Source: an uncultured Veillonellaceae bacterium (GTDB lineage: Bacteria; Bacillota; Negativicutes; JARBTT01). From it: 64,000 nt of DNA. Positions 10,522 to 20,575 of the stretch are shown in pieces. The stretch spans positions 1-64,000 of the forward strand of contig CAWDTA010000005.1 of NCBI GenBank assembly GCA_963805085.1, read 5' to 3'. Numbering within the stretch: the first letter of the stretch is position 1; every line of letters begins with the position of its first letter. Under the pieces are notes generated by a model. The model was not told where the DNA came from. It did no database searches and worked only from the letters and a program-made list of their open reading frames with translations. Made by a program: the position numbers and the translations under genes.

Positions 10522-10572
10522 ATGATACAAGGCTGTGCAGTTCTTAATAATCGCTGCACAGCCTTGTATCAT
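10522..10572 (+). terminator. Long hairpin downstream of the solvent cluster
   Basis: ATGATACAAGGCTGTGCAG...CTGCACAGCCTTGTATCAT. Confidence 0.65.
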
Positions 10573-10673
10573 TTATCATATATCTAACGTACTAACGGAC
10601 GGTATGATTTCCACCCTTTTCTTTTATTGGATACGAACTTCTTTCTATCCGACAAGCTGGCAATCAGACAAAT

Positions 10674-11095
10674 AGGGACAAGGGGACAGGTTTACTGTCC
10701 CACTGATAAAGAGATGTTATACTAAATATCGAAGTGATACTATGCCAAGAAAAGCTAGGGTAAAAAGTGGAACAGAAATCTATCATCTGATATGAAGGAA
10801 ATCAATAAAAAAAATATATCTGAAGATAAAGAAAACAAAGATTTTTAGTTTATTATTTATATGTTTGGATTGTAGAGAAAAAGCGATTGTATTCGATCAA
10901 GAAATAATGGAATATTTAAGCGAAATGGGATAACAACGGTTAGTCAATTGTAAAGACTAAATAAAGAGCAACGGGATAATGCAATCAGAAAGAAAAGGAT
11001 GGCATTGCGATAAGGCAATTAGTAAGGATAACTGGAATTTCTAAAAGTGTAAGTGATAGATTGTAGAGGAACAGTAAACCTGTCCCCTTGTCCCT
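10674..11095 (+). mobile_element. Decayed RAYT (Y1 transposase) element bounded by inverted REP-like repeats
   Basis: AGGGACAAGGGGACAGGTTTACTGTCCC (10674-10701) and its inverted copy (11068-11095, one mismatch); inside, MPRKARVKSGTEIYHL... and ...IRQLVRITGISKSVSDRL* with stops and a central deletion. Confidence 0.8.
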
Positions 11096-11242
11096 TAGTT
11101 GCTATGGATAGGAATGGTCATACATTAAGCAGGAACGCTGGTATGGGTAGGATAACTGCAAAGGAGATAGATGATGATGTTATAGGAGACTATATATCCC
11201 CTAATTCCTTGAAAATTTATATTTTGTGAAAGGGGTAAATAA

Positions 11243-11776
11243 ATGGATTTTGAACAATTATTCAAGCAAATTTCTCCAGAGGAGATACCTGACGATGTTT
11301 TTACGCTCTTCGGAAAAGATTTTCCTGTTGTTACGGTAAGAACACCTGAAGACTGTAACGCAATGGTAGCCAGTGGTGGTGGTATGGCTGTACATTTCAA
11401 AAAACCAGCCACATGGCTCATTTTTCCTTCAAATCGCTATACACTTGAACTCATAAAAAAAGAACAGGCATATACGCTTTCATATTTTCCAGATAGCCAT
11501 AGGGAGCAATTTATGTTCTTAGGGACGAAATCAGGTAGAGATAGCAATAAAATGGAAGAGGTAGAACTTACTACGATTGAAACACCACTCGGCAATATGG
11601 CTTTTGAGGAGGCTCGGCTTATTATCGAGTGCAAACTAACACAAATTACAACTGCAATTGCAGACGATTTTTATTCAGAGGAAGCCAAAACGTATCTCGC
11701 CAAAGCATACACAGACCCTGGTGAAATTCGCCAATACGTATTTGGTGAAATCACCCATGTTTGGATCAAAAAATAA
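11243..11776 (+). CDS. Flavin reductase-like (FMN-binding split barrel) protein
   Basis: NAMVASGG, RYTLELI, LGTKSGRDSNK, EARLIIECK. Confidence 0.8.
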   Translation: MDFEQLFKQISPEEIPDDVFTLFGKDFPVVTVRTPEDCNAMVASGGGMAVHFKKPATWLIFPSNRYTLELIKKEQAYTLSYFPDSHREQFMFLGTKSGRDSNKMEEVELTTIETPLGNMAFEEARLIIECKLTQITTAIADDFYSEEAKTYLAKAYTDPGEIRQYVFGEITHVWIKK

Positions 11777-12163
11777 GAATAATATGCAGTCTTGATAATT
11801 CACAATTTTTATTTATTCTTCATTAAATTATCTAATTCCATCTTTTAAAAAGATGGTTTTTCATGCTCAATTTTCACCCACAATATTTACGAAAAGAGCC
11901 TTTACATTATAGTTTAGACTTCTTGGAACTTTTTGTTTTGCCTATGCATTGTGATATACTATTACTGTGTATAGGTCTTTTTTTGAACGAAATTAGAAAT
12001 ATGTGTTGTTTTTGCAGAGCTTTTTGCCATGGAGCAGCGGGAAAAAAGGGAAAAGCACTCTCCAGTAGTGTACTGTTAGTGGAGAGCGCTTTTCTTGTAA
12101 AATGCAATATATTTTTTTTATAGTATTTGGAGGGAGAGTTTCGTTCAAATCATATGAGTGATT

Positions 12164-13486
12164 CTAATTGGATACCTTAGAAGGTTTTAAATCGAAGCGT
12201 TTGGAAACAAAGCCATAGAGTGTCCACCCAGCGAAGGTGATGATTGCACCGTAAGTCATGGCGGTAAGTCCGGAAGCGTAGAGGGCGTATAAACTGTACG
12301 CTGAACCGATGAATGCCACGAAGTTTACGAGCTTGGCTTTTTGCGGGAGAATTTTCGCTTCTTCTTGGATGACGGCTAACGCTGCCATTGATAGGAGGTA
12401 GGGAATAATATTCGTTACTACCGCTAGATCAACCAGAACGTTGAATTGCTTATTCAGCGAAGGACTCATCGTCATGAGTGCTAATAAGGTCTGTGTCGAG
12501 GTAATAATCAGCATTGCCGCGATTGGAACATTGGCTTTGGTTACTTTGCTCAAAATCTGAGGGAAGTAACCTTCCTGTGCGGAGCTTTTGAAGACCTGCG
12601 CAATGGTAAATTGCCAGCCTAGTAAAGAACCAAAACAGGATAAAATCATCAGTCCCATAACGATTTTTCCGATTGTATCGTCAAACATGGTCGCAAATAC
12701 CAGACCGAAAGGTGCTGTAGAATTTGCTAGGTCAGCATTTGGAACGATTCCGGCCATTACGTTGGTTGAAATGATATAGACGATACCAGCTCCCAAAGTA
12801 CCGCCTAAAACGGCAATCGGAATGTTCCTTTCTGGATTGTCGACGGCATCGGTATTGGCGCAAGCAGATTCCAAGCCAAGAAATGCCCATAACGTCATGG
12901 AAATGGACATGCCAATCGCTTCAAACTGCGGATAGTCATGTGGGTTCCAAGCGTTTGCGTACATTTCACCGCTGAACCAAAACCAGCCGAAAACACTGAG
13001 GATGACAACGGGAATAATAACGCCGAGAATCGTAAAAGAACTGATTTTCCCCGTGATTCTCGCTCCACCGAAATTTAGAACCGTAGCCAGCCACAACGTG
13101 AAGATCGTCCAAAGACTAACCGCCATTGGTGGCAGCGTTACGCCAAAGAACTCCGAGCCATAGCCTACCGCGGAAATGGCAATCGCAGTATTGGCAATAA
13201 TCAGTGAAACTCCATAGGTATAGTTGGCCATGAAATTGCCGGCCTTACCAAACGAGTATTCTGCATAGCCACCCATACCACCGGATTTTCGGCTGAACAT
13301 GCCACACTTTGCAAAAGCGTAGGCCAGAGCCATCGAACCAGTTGCGGTCACTAGCCACGAAATAATCGAAATCGTTCCGACTTCGGCTAGTTTCGTTGGC
13401 AACATAATGATACCCGAGCCCATCATATTGATGGCTGTTAAAAAAGTAAGTTGCATAACGCTCATTTTATTATTTTTTTCAGACAT
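12164..13486 (-). CDS. potE: Putrescine-ornithine antiporter (APC family)
   Basis: NMMGSGIIMLPTKLA, WAFLGLESAC; multi-TM; adjacent to ornithine decarboxylase. Confidence 0.9.
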   Translation of the reverse strand: MSEKNNKMSVMQLTFLTAINMMGSGIIMLPTKLAEVGTISIISWLVTATGSMALAYAFAKCGMFSRKSGGMGGYAEYSFGKAGNFMANYTYGVSLIIANTAIAISAVGYGSEFFGVTLPPMAVSLWTIFTLWLATVLNFGGARITGKISSFTILGVIIPVVILSVFGWFWFSGEMYANAWNPHDYPQFEAIGMSISMTLWAFLGLESACANTDAVDNPERNIPIAVLGGTLGAGIVYIISTNVMAGIVPNADLANSTAPFGLVFATMFDDTIGKIVMGLMILSCFGSLLGWQFTIAQVFKSSAQEGYFPQILSKVTKANVPIAAMLIITSTQTLLALMTMSPSLNKQFNVLVDLAVVTNIIPYLLSMAALAVIQEEAKILPQKAKLVNFVAFIGSAYSLYALYASGLTAMTYGAIITFAGWTLYGFVSKRFDLKPSKVSN

Positions 13487-13519
13487 AAATAGTTCCCCTT
13501 TCCAATCGGTGTATTGCGA

Positions 13520-15676
13520 TCAAGAGTTTTTTAATACATAACCGTAGCCTCTGATGCGGCTACCATCTTGCTGGAGATAAACACCTTGAATTTCTGGAGA
13601 AAAACCGGGGAACTTATTGATGCCTTCTTCTAAAGTTAAGAAATATTGCTGGGCGGTTTCATTCCACTTTTCTCCCGGTACGACACAAATGATGCCCGGT
13701 GGGTAAGGGAGTGCGCCTTCCAGACCGATTCGTCCGACGATATCCGTCAAAGGAACAAGCTCAGCATCACCGCGAATCAAAGCCCACTGTGCTTCCTGCG
13801 GACTCATGGCATAGCTCGGGAACGTTTTCTTGCGGAATAAATTCTGCTGCAAGCGTTTTACATCATGCTCTTTATAGAAATCATGCATTTCTTGGCATAA
13901 CCTCCGGATTGTATAGCGTTTATAGCGAGCTATATTGTTTTGATAAACTGTTGGCAATACTTCGCTAAGCGGAGCATCTTCCTGAATCGCAAGCTCAAAG
14001 CGGGCAATTTGCGATACTAGATTTTGTAACTTGGCTGGCGTTTCTGCAGGTGTTAATAGGAATAAAATCGAGTTCAGATCACATTTTTCTGGGATAACGC
14101 CATTCTCTCTTAAATAATTGGCTAAAATCGTCGCAGGAATGCCAAAGCTGTCATATTCGCCAGTATCTACATTGATTCCGGGTGTAGTCAGCATCAATTT
14201 GCAAGGATCAACGAAATATTGGTTGTCCGCATAGCCCGGGAAGGAATGCCATTTTTCATTCGGATGGAAGTTAAAAAACTCCAGATTATTTGCCATTTCA
14301 TCCGTAGTATGATCTTCCCACTTCTTACCGTCGATTTGCGTAGGGAGGAATGGCTTGATCAAGGAACAATTTTTAAGGATTGCCTTGCGCGCTTCGATTC
14401 CCATTTTCACGCAGTCCATCCATAGATGGCGACCTGCTTCACCTTCGTGAATTTTCGCATTGACGTCTAGCGCGGCAAATAGCGGATAAAATGGACTGGT
14501 TGAAGCATGGAGCATAAAAGCATTGTTAAAACGTTTATGGTCACAATACCGTTTTTGTCCCTTGATATGGCTGTCCTTTTTATGGATTTGCGAAGTCTGC
14601 GAAAATCCTGCCTGTTGTTTATGTACCGATTGGGTTACAAAGATTCCCGGATCTTTTTCTGTTAGTTCTAGTAATAGTGGCGAGCAGTCTTTCATCATCG
14701 GAATAAACTGCTCATAGCCAACCCAAGCGGAGTCGAATAAAATGTAATCGCATAAATGACCGATTTTATCTACGACTTGACGGGCATTATATATCGTACC
14801 ATCGTACGTGCCAAGCTGGATCACCGCCAGACGGAATGGACGTTTTTCCTTGGCTTTGCCAGGGGCGATTTCCGAAGCTAGACTGCGAAGATAGTTTTCA
14901 TCGAAACAATGGCTGTCAATGCCGCCAATGAATCCAAACGGATTGCGGGCGGTCTCCAGATAAACAGGTGATGCACCTGCTTGTACCAAAGCCCCTTGGT
15001 GAATGGACTTGTGATTGTTTCGATCAAATAGTACTAAATCACCAGGCGCAAGCAAAGCATTCGTCACGACTTTATTTGCAGTGGAGGTTCCGTTTAATAC
15101 AAAGTAAGTTTTGTCGGCATTATATACTTTAGCCGCATGTTTTTGCGCATCGCAGGCAGAACCCTCATGAATGAGTAAGTCGCCTAACTTTACATCGGCA
15201 TTACAGATGTCGGAACGGAAAATATTTTCACCATAAAATTCATAAAGATATCGTCCGGCAGGGTGCTTGCGGAAAAATTGTCCGCCTTGATGCCCCGGGC
15301 AGTCAAACGCTGCATTGCCGGTTTCAACATATTCGCTTAATGATTTAAAAAATGGTGGCAGAGCTTTTTCCTCATACTGGCTAGCGGCCGCTTCGATTTG
15401 CCTACTGTAAAGACGTAAATCGAAATGAACGTTATCCATGATGTGATAGACCTTGCCTACCAATTTTTCATCAAGCTGAGCGTTGTTTACCAAGACAATA
15501 AACAGAGGAATGCCGAACTTTGTTTGCTGAACTTCTAGGGCATAGTCGGCTTCTTCATTGGTCAGTACCACTGCCGCCACATCGGTATAATCCGTGTCTC
15601 CGGCCTGTACTAGATCGCGTTCCGTAGAAAAATACTTTTTTGCTTCAGGTCCATAAGCAATTTTAAAATGTTTCAT
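13520..15676 (-). CDS. speF: Ornithine decarboxylase (fold-type I, PLP)
   Basis: FDCPGHQGG, DRNNHKS, FDSAWVGY, TQSVHKQQAG (PLP Lys), LPYPPG. Confidence 0.88.
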   Translation of the reverse strand: MKHFKIAYGPEAKKYFSTERDLVQAGDTDYTDVAAVVLTNEEADYALEVQQTKFGIPLFIVLVNNAQLDEKLVGKVYHIMDNVHFDLRLYSRQIEAAASQYEEKALPPFFKSLSEYVETGNAAFDCPGHQGGQFFRKHPAGRYLYEFYGENIFRSDICNADVKLGDLLIHEGSACDAQKHAAKVYNADKTYFVLNGTSTANKVVTNALLAPGDLVLFDRNNHKSIHQGALVQAGASPVYLETARNPFGFIGGIDSHCFDENYLRSLASEIAPGKAKEKRPFRLAVIQLGTYDGTIYNARQVVDKIGHLCDYILFDSAWVGYEQFIPMMKDCSPLLLELTEKDPGIFVTQSVHKQQAGFSQTSQIHKKDSHIKGQKRYCDHKRFNNAFMLHASTSPFYPLFAALDVNAKIHEGEAGRHLWMDCVKMGIEARKAILKNCSLIKPFLPTQIDGKKWEDHTTDEMANNLEFFNFHPNEKWHSFPGYADNQYFVDPCKLMLTTPGINVDTGEYDSFGIPATILANYLRENGVIPEKCDLNSILFLLTPAETPAKLQNLVSQIARFELAIQEDAPLSEVLPTVYQNNIARYKRYTIRRLCQEMHDFYKEHDVKRLQQNLFRKKTFPSYAMSPQEAQWALIRGDAELVPLTDIVGRIGLEGALPYPPGIICVVPGEKWNETAQQYFLTLEEGINKFPGFSPEIQGVYLQQDGSRIRGYGYVLKNS

Positions 15677-15900
15677 TTGCTTCCTCCTAATTTTGATTAA
15701 GTGGTTCCTTTTGTAGAAAAAGTATTATGCAGTTTTTGGTAAGCTTTCTAGTTCTCTTCTCCCACCGGCCGGCCAGGTTTGTGTGATTTATTTACGTAAC
15801 TATATAACTTACAATTTCATTATAGACGTATATTTACATCCAAGTCAATACAAAAGTTGTAAATGAGTAACTAAAATTAAAATAAAGGAGGCGTATTTTT

Positions 15901-16260
15901 ATGGAGCTTGATTATTTAAGTATTGGTAAACGATTGCAAGAAGCTAGAAAATCAAATAACCTTACGCAACAAGAACTTGCTGATATTATGGGGTTATCAG
16001 TTTCGTACATAAAAAGTACAGAACGCGGTAACAAGCCAAGTATTCAATATTTATTTACAGTTGTCGATACATGCAAAGTGAGTTTTGATTGGTTGTTAAT
16101 AGGTGACCAAGTTTCTAATAATGATGATGAAACCGAAAAAATATTAGATACTCTTCGCATGATACTAAATGATTCTGATCCAGAAATTCGAGCATGGGCA
16201 AAAGTACAGCTTCGTAAAGCGTTTGCGGATTATTTTCCTGTGAAAGATGGAGAAAAGTAA
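15901..16260 (+). CDS. XRE-family HTH regulator
   Basis: IGKRLQEARKSNNLTQQELAD...ERG.KPS...VSFDWLLIG. Confidence 0.88.
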   Translation: MELDYLSIGKRLQEARKSNNLTQQELADIMGLSVSYIKSTERGNKPSIQYLFTVVDTCKVSFDWLLIGDQVSNNDDETEKILDTLRMILNDSDPEIRAWAKVQLRKAFADYFPVKDGEK

Positions 16261-16634
16261 AACAATAAGGGCTATTATCGTAAGATAATAGCCCTTATTG
16301 TTTTGGGTGAAAAAATGACAGCGTTAAAGATATTGATACGAATATGATTGAATTTATATAGGATGATCTTCATTTGTAGAATGTCTAGCTTTGATATATA
16401 TAGGTTTTTGACAAACAATGTATTAATTTGGCAGGAAGTTTGTTCTTTATAGGGAAGTGTAAATAAGTGATACAAAACAATATCTTTTATATGAAGAAAA
16501 TAGCAATGATGAGAGAAATAAAGATAGGATTTATGGTGTGATAAAATAAATATAAACTTACACAATAACCGTCAATTTGTCTAATAAAACTAATAGTAGA
16601 AATTGAATGATTGAATCATTTTGGAGGAATATAG

Positions 16635-17051
16635 ATGAAAACATATGAGGTAGTTGCTGGTGTAATTATTCATAAAGGAAAATTTTTATGTATGCAACGT
16701 AGTAAAGGAAAATTTGATTATATTTCATATAAGTATGAATTTCCTGGTGGTAAAATTGAAATTGGAGAAAGTCGTGTAGATGCTTTAAAACGAGAGTTAA
16801 TAGAAGAAATGGATATGAAGGTTGAAGTCCATGAAGATAATTTATTTATGACAGTAGAGCATGAATATCCAGATTTTAAAATTATTATGCACAGTTATTT
16901 ATGCGAAATAGAAAAGCCGGAATTTAAGCTGAAAGAGCATATTTCTTTCCAATGGCTAAGAAAAAATGAATTAAGGCAACTTGATTGGGCAGAAGCAGAT
17001 TTGCCAATAGTTTTTAAATTAATTGGAGATCAGCCAAATGGAAATTCTTAA
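16635..17051 (+). CDS. MutT-like NUDIX hydrolase
   Basis: Nudix box GGKIEIGESRVDALKRELIEEM. Confidence 0.9.
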   Translation: MKTYEVVAGVIIHKGKFLCMQRSKGKFDYISYKYEFPGGKIEIGESRVDALKRELIEEMDMKVEVHEDNLFMTVEHEYPDFKIIMHSYLCEIEKPEFKLKEHISFQWLRKNELRQLDWAEADLPIVFKLIGDQPNGNS

Positions 17052-17256
17052 AAATAGCTTGATTACTGGTTTTATTAATGCTGAACAAACTTCATCTGAA
17101 GAATATCAACCTAATTTATTGGTAAATGATTTTAAAGCCGAAAAAAAGGTTCTTTCACATATTATTCGTGAACTAAAAGCATGTGATGAGTTCTATTTTT
17201 CAGTTGCTTTTATTACAAATAGTGGACCTCATTGTTTAATGCTTTGCAAGAAGTAA
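17038..17256 (+). pseudogene. 5' fragment of a PLD-nuclease/SF2 helicase (DUF3427-type)
   Basis: SLITGFIN...YQPNLLVND...KVLSHIIRELKACDEFYFSVAFITNSG is the typical N-terminus; truncated next to a REP/RAYT remnant. Confidence 0.7.
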
Positions 17257-17272
17257 AAGAAAAAAATATAAA

Positions 17273-17756
17273 AGACAAGGTGCCGATTCTTTATGTCTTA
17301 ACTAAATCAAATTGACGTGATAATCTGAGAAAAAAAGAAACAGATTATCATACCAAGACAGCAAAGGGATAAAAGTACTACAGGGTATTATCATATCATG
17401 ATAAGTGGGAATGACCGAAAAGATATATTCCTAGATGAACAAGATAAAATGTACTTTATCGAAATATTAAAAACAAAAAAGGAAAATAACAGATACGGAC
17501 TCATAGCATTTTGCATAATGGATAATCATGCCCATTTGCTATTGCAAGAAAGAGAAGAAGACATAGCGAACATCATGAAACGTGAACTGACCCCCATAAG
17601 TTAGATTTAGGTCTAACTTATGGGGGTCAGTTCAAACGAATCAATGTTAGCTATGTCTTTTACTTTAATAAAAAATATAAAAAGAGTGGACATTTATTTC
17701 AGGATAGATACAAAAGTGAAAAAATAGAAGATGGCAGCTATTTGTTAACAGACTAG
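17273..17756 (+). mobile_element. RAYT transposase pseudogene with upstream REP; start codon mutated; interrupted by a 52-bp element
   Basis: (I)PRQQRDKSTTGYYHIMISGNDRKDIF...MDNHAHLLL (HUH)...INVSYVFYFNKKYKKSGHLFQDRYKSE. Confidence 0.85.
17583..17634. mobile_element. 52-bp miniature inverted-repeat element with IS3-like TG...CA ends
   Basis: 23-bp perfect arms TGAACTGACCCCCATAAGTTAGA; AACG target duplication. Confidence 0.75.
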
Positions 17757-17927
17757 CATCTCTCATACAAGTAGGTATAGCTAAATGGGTTAGTGCTTTT
17801 CAAAAAGGGAATATACAGATAAACTCTATTGATGATCTAAAAAAGTTGATTGAGCTTGATCTATATCTTCAAAGAGAAGAAGTATGTTAATGTTATTAAA
17901 ATAAATATAAAAAATTTGTCTTTATAT

Positions 17928-18022
17928 GTTTAAAAATCCGAGTTCAAAGAATGTGTATAATTGAGAGCCAATATTCAAGACAAACACAATTATTGAATAA
18001 CAGGTCTTTGGCTATATCGGTT
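17928..18022 (+). promoter_or_regulatory. Conserved promoter plus 5'-leader hairpin module (copy 1)
   Basis: GTTTAAAAATC-N10-GAATGTGTATAA then GCCAATAT...ATATCGGT stem; homologous to 42930-43024 and 52888-52980. Confidence 0.6.
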
Positions 18023-18055
18023 TTCAAAGTAGAGGATGTTGAAAGGATGATTTTA

Positions 18056-19255
18056 ATGAGCAAAACAGTTAATTGTACAGAAGACGTTGTAATTATTTCT
18101 AATGGCACAGTAGATAACGGCAAATTGGCAGCTTTAGGTGATGGGGGTAAATTCCATCCTAGCGTGATTCCGGTAATTGATGAGTTACAAGAACAAATAA
18201 CTAAAGAAGTTACGGAACGAACTGAAGGTGATAAGGCACTACAGACAAATATCGATGCAGAAACAAGTGCCAGAATATCAGTCGATCAGCAATTGCAAGG
18301 AAATATTGAAGCGGAATCCTCAGCAAGAGTGAATGGCGATAAAGATTTGGAGGATAAGATTACTGCGGAGGTTACAGCTAGAACTAATGGTGATACTCAG
18401 CTACAAGCTAATCTTGATGCCGAAGCTGATACTAGAAGTATTGCTGACCAAAACTTACAAGATCAAATTTCTAAAGAAATTGTGGAACGTACCGCTGGCG
18501 ATACGGCTTTACAAACTAGTATTGATGTAGAAGTAGCAGCGCGTATTGATGCAGATAGTAAATTGCAAAGTTCTATCGATTTCGAAGTAGATGCTAGAAC
18601 AAAAGCCGATCAAAGTTTACAACAGAAAATTGATGCATTGGAAGGGAAAAACGCTTTTTCAAATGTGGTAGTTAATGGGGAAATCATTAAGGCTGATAGT
18701 CAAGAAGATACTATTGAGTTGGAAGCAGGAACAAATATTGCTTTAACTGCTGATATGGATAGTGATAAGGTTACAATTGCAGTTACTGGGAAGGTAGCAA
18801 GTGCGGAGCAGTCAGATAGTGCAATAAAGTTAGAAACAGCACGAAATATTAATGGTGTGCCTTTTGATGGTTCGAGAGATATTACGATTACACAAGTGAA
18901 TGGGAAAACAATTGCTACGACGGATCAAATATTTGATCAAAAAATATATATTGTAGGCTCAGGTTCGGGGGCAGATTCTTATTGGAGAAAATGGTCAAAT
19001 GGTGATATGGAAATATTCGGATATACTGCGGCGGTCGTAAACACGTCTGGTGCTGTTAGTTTTCCTATTACGTTAAATGAGGTAAAAATGTTTTTACCTA
19101 GTCAAGTTGGAGCAGGTTGGCCAAATGGATGTACTCTCAGACCAATTGATGTTACAACCACTGGCTTTTCATACAATTGGGATGGTTTTAATAAAGAAGG
19201 AATAGGAAAACCGTGTATGATTGCTTATCATGTTCTTGGTACAGTAACGGTTTAA
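18056..19255 (+). CDS. Phage tail fibre-like protein with 18-residue coiled-coil repeats
   Basis: About 8 repeats of E..AR...D..LQ..I; KLETARNINGVPFDGSRDITI fibre repeat; C-terminal YWRKWSNGDMEIFG (gp53-like). Confidence 0.7.
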   Translation: MSKTVNCTEDVVIISNGTVDNGKLAALGDGGKFHPSVIPVIDELQEQITKEVTERTEGDKALQTNIDAETSARISVDQQLQGNIEAESSARVNGDKDLEDKITAEVTARTNGDTQLQANLDAEADTRSIADQNLQDQISKEIVERTAGDTALQTSIDVEVAARIDADSKLQSSIDFEVDARTKADQSLQQKIDALEGKNAFSNVVVNGEIIKADSQEDTIELEAGTNIALTADMDSDKVTIAVTGKVASAEQSDSAIKLETARNINGVPFDGSRDITITQVNGKTIATTDQIFDQKIYIVGSGSGADSYWRKWSNGDMEIFGYTAAVVNTSGAVSFPITLNEVKMFLPSQVGAGWPNGCTLRPIDVTTTGFSYNWDGFNKEGIGKPCMIAYHVLGTVTV

Positions 19256-19447
19256 TAGCTTTTCAGAATAATTTGTGGAAGAAGAATCACAAAATAGACA
19301 AGGTGACGGTTTGCAGTGCTTCAAAAATTCGGACACTGTCCCTATAAGAAAGATAGCATAAAGTGAATTTTCAGCGAGGGATACACATCAGAAGGTTATA
19401 CATAAGTTATTTCGTTGGGGCTATAAATTCGGGAAATTGCTTGCTTA

Positions 19448-20060
19448 TTTACATTACGAATAAAATCGAATATAATAAACATATACTAAATAAACCAAAA
19501 ACGCCCTGCTCGACACAGGACGTTTCGGTTGAATATGAGGCTAGGTTGATAGCACTTTTAAGGACGCAGCCACAAACTGCGTCCTTAATTATTATAGCCT
19601 AATATTACCAGTTATGGCAGCTTATTTTATAAGCTGTCATTTTTGTATAAAAAAACATGATTTCTGCGATGAAAAATCATGTTTCGATTTACTTTTGCTT
19701 GCAATCCCCAAGAAATGGATTATAATAAAAATAGGTGGAAATTAAAAAAGTCGCCGTGTCCCGAAAGTGTTGTAGCACTTTCAGGCACGAGCAGGTGTAC
19801 GAGCACCTACACGTAACAGCTAGCTGTCTACGACGACAATTTATTATACCGTGCTTTTCCCTTGAAAACAAGGGTGATGTGTGTTCGGCATAATACGATT
19901 GAAGTTTTAGCAGAGGCTTAGCGTCTGCATGCAATCAAGATGAAGCATAGCGCATGTGTAGGTTGAATAAAACCTCGCATGTGCTTTTTTGATTTCCCCT
20001 GAAACAAACTGTATGTTGGTTTTTTCTATCTGCTTTAGCGGATAGAAGAAACCTCATACA
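19448..20060. ncRNA. Structured non-coding region with convergent sigmaA-like promoters (candidate sRNA/antisense pair)
   Basis: TTTACA-17-TATAAT and TTGCAA-16-TATAAT on +; TTGTTT...TATAAT on - near 19843-19872; multiple hairpins; terminator-like 19614-19645. Confidence 0.45.
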
Positions 20061-20062
20061 GA

Positions 20063-20230
20063 ATGATGAAGGGGGATATAAATTGGTATCAGTACAAGGT
20101 AGTAAAAAGCTGTGGGCAAGGTATCGCACCAATATGTGGCGAGGAAGCCTCCTCGCCACAACCAAGAGGAGAGGTTCATTCTATTTACAAGGGACAAGAT
20201 ATGTTTTTTGGGGAAATAGAGGTTCTGTAA
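20063..20230 (+). CDS. Possible 55-aa ORF translationally coupled to the next gene
   Basis: Open frame MMKGDINWYQYK...EIEVL ending TAA directly before the ATG at 20231. Confidence 0.3.
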   Translation: MMKGDINWYQYKVVKSCGQGIAPICGEEASSPQPRGEVHSIYKGQDMFFGEIEVL

Positions 20231-20554
20231 ATGTATAGAATCTATAAAACAACAGATGACATAATTATGGCTGAGGAAGTAGATAGCGCTGATATTACAC
20301 TTAAATTGATGACAGATTTTGATAAGAAAAAATATGTCATGGTTAAGCAACAAGAGGGAGTTATGATATATAATCTTTCCCAGTTTGGTCTTCTCACTGA
20401 AATAGCTGACGACATTCCATTCGAAGAGTATAGAGACATTACCTATGCGAAATTAGACAAGGAACTATTAGAGATGGGAATCAAGCCAAAGAGGCGGGAT
20501 TTTCTAAAAATCGATCGAAGATATTTCGATCCAGAAGGCACAACTAGCAGCTGA
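20231..20554 (+). CDS. Hypothetical 107-aa protein; longest intact member of a dispersed repeat family
   Basis: Degenerate copies at 21559, 37055, 42699, 44888 and 53991. Confidence 0.6.
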   Translation: MYRIYKTTDDIIMAEEVDSADITLKLMTDFDKKKYVMVKQQEGVMIYNLSQFGLLTEIADDIPFEEYRDITYAKLDKELLEMGIKPKRRDFLKIDRRYFDPEGTTSS

Positions 20555-20575
20555 TTGATATGCTCTCCTTAAAGA

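Noticed and set aside
19995-20076. Hammerhead-like arrangement CCCCT-GAAAC...ATGATGA-AGGGG
   Set aside because: The core reads AUGAUGA rather than CUGAUGA, and there is no stem III or UH cleavage site.
18056-20554. Intact prophage
   Set aside because: Only one fibre-like gene; no integrase, capsid, terminase or lysis genes.
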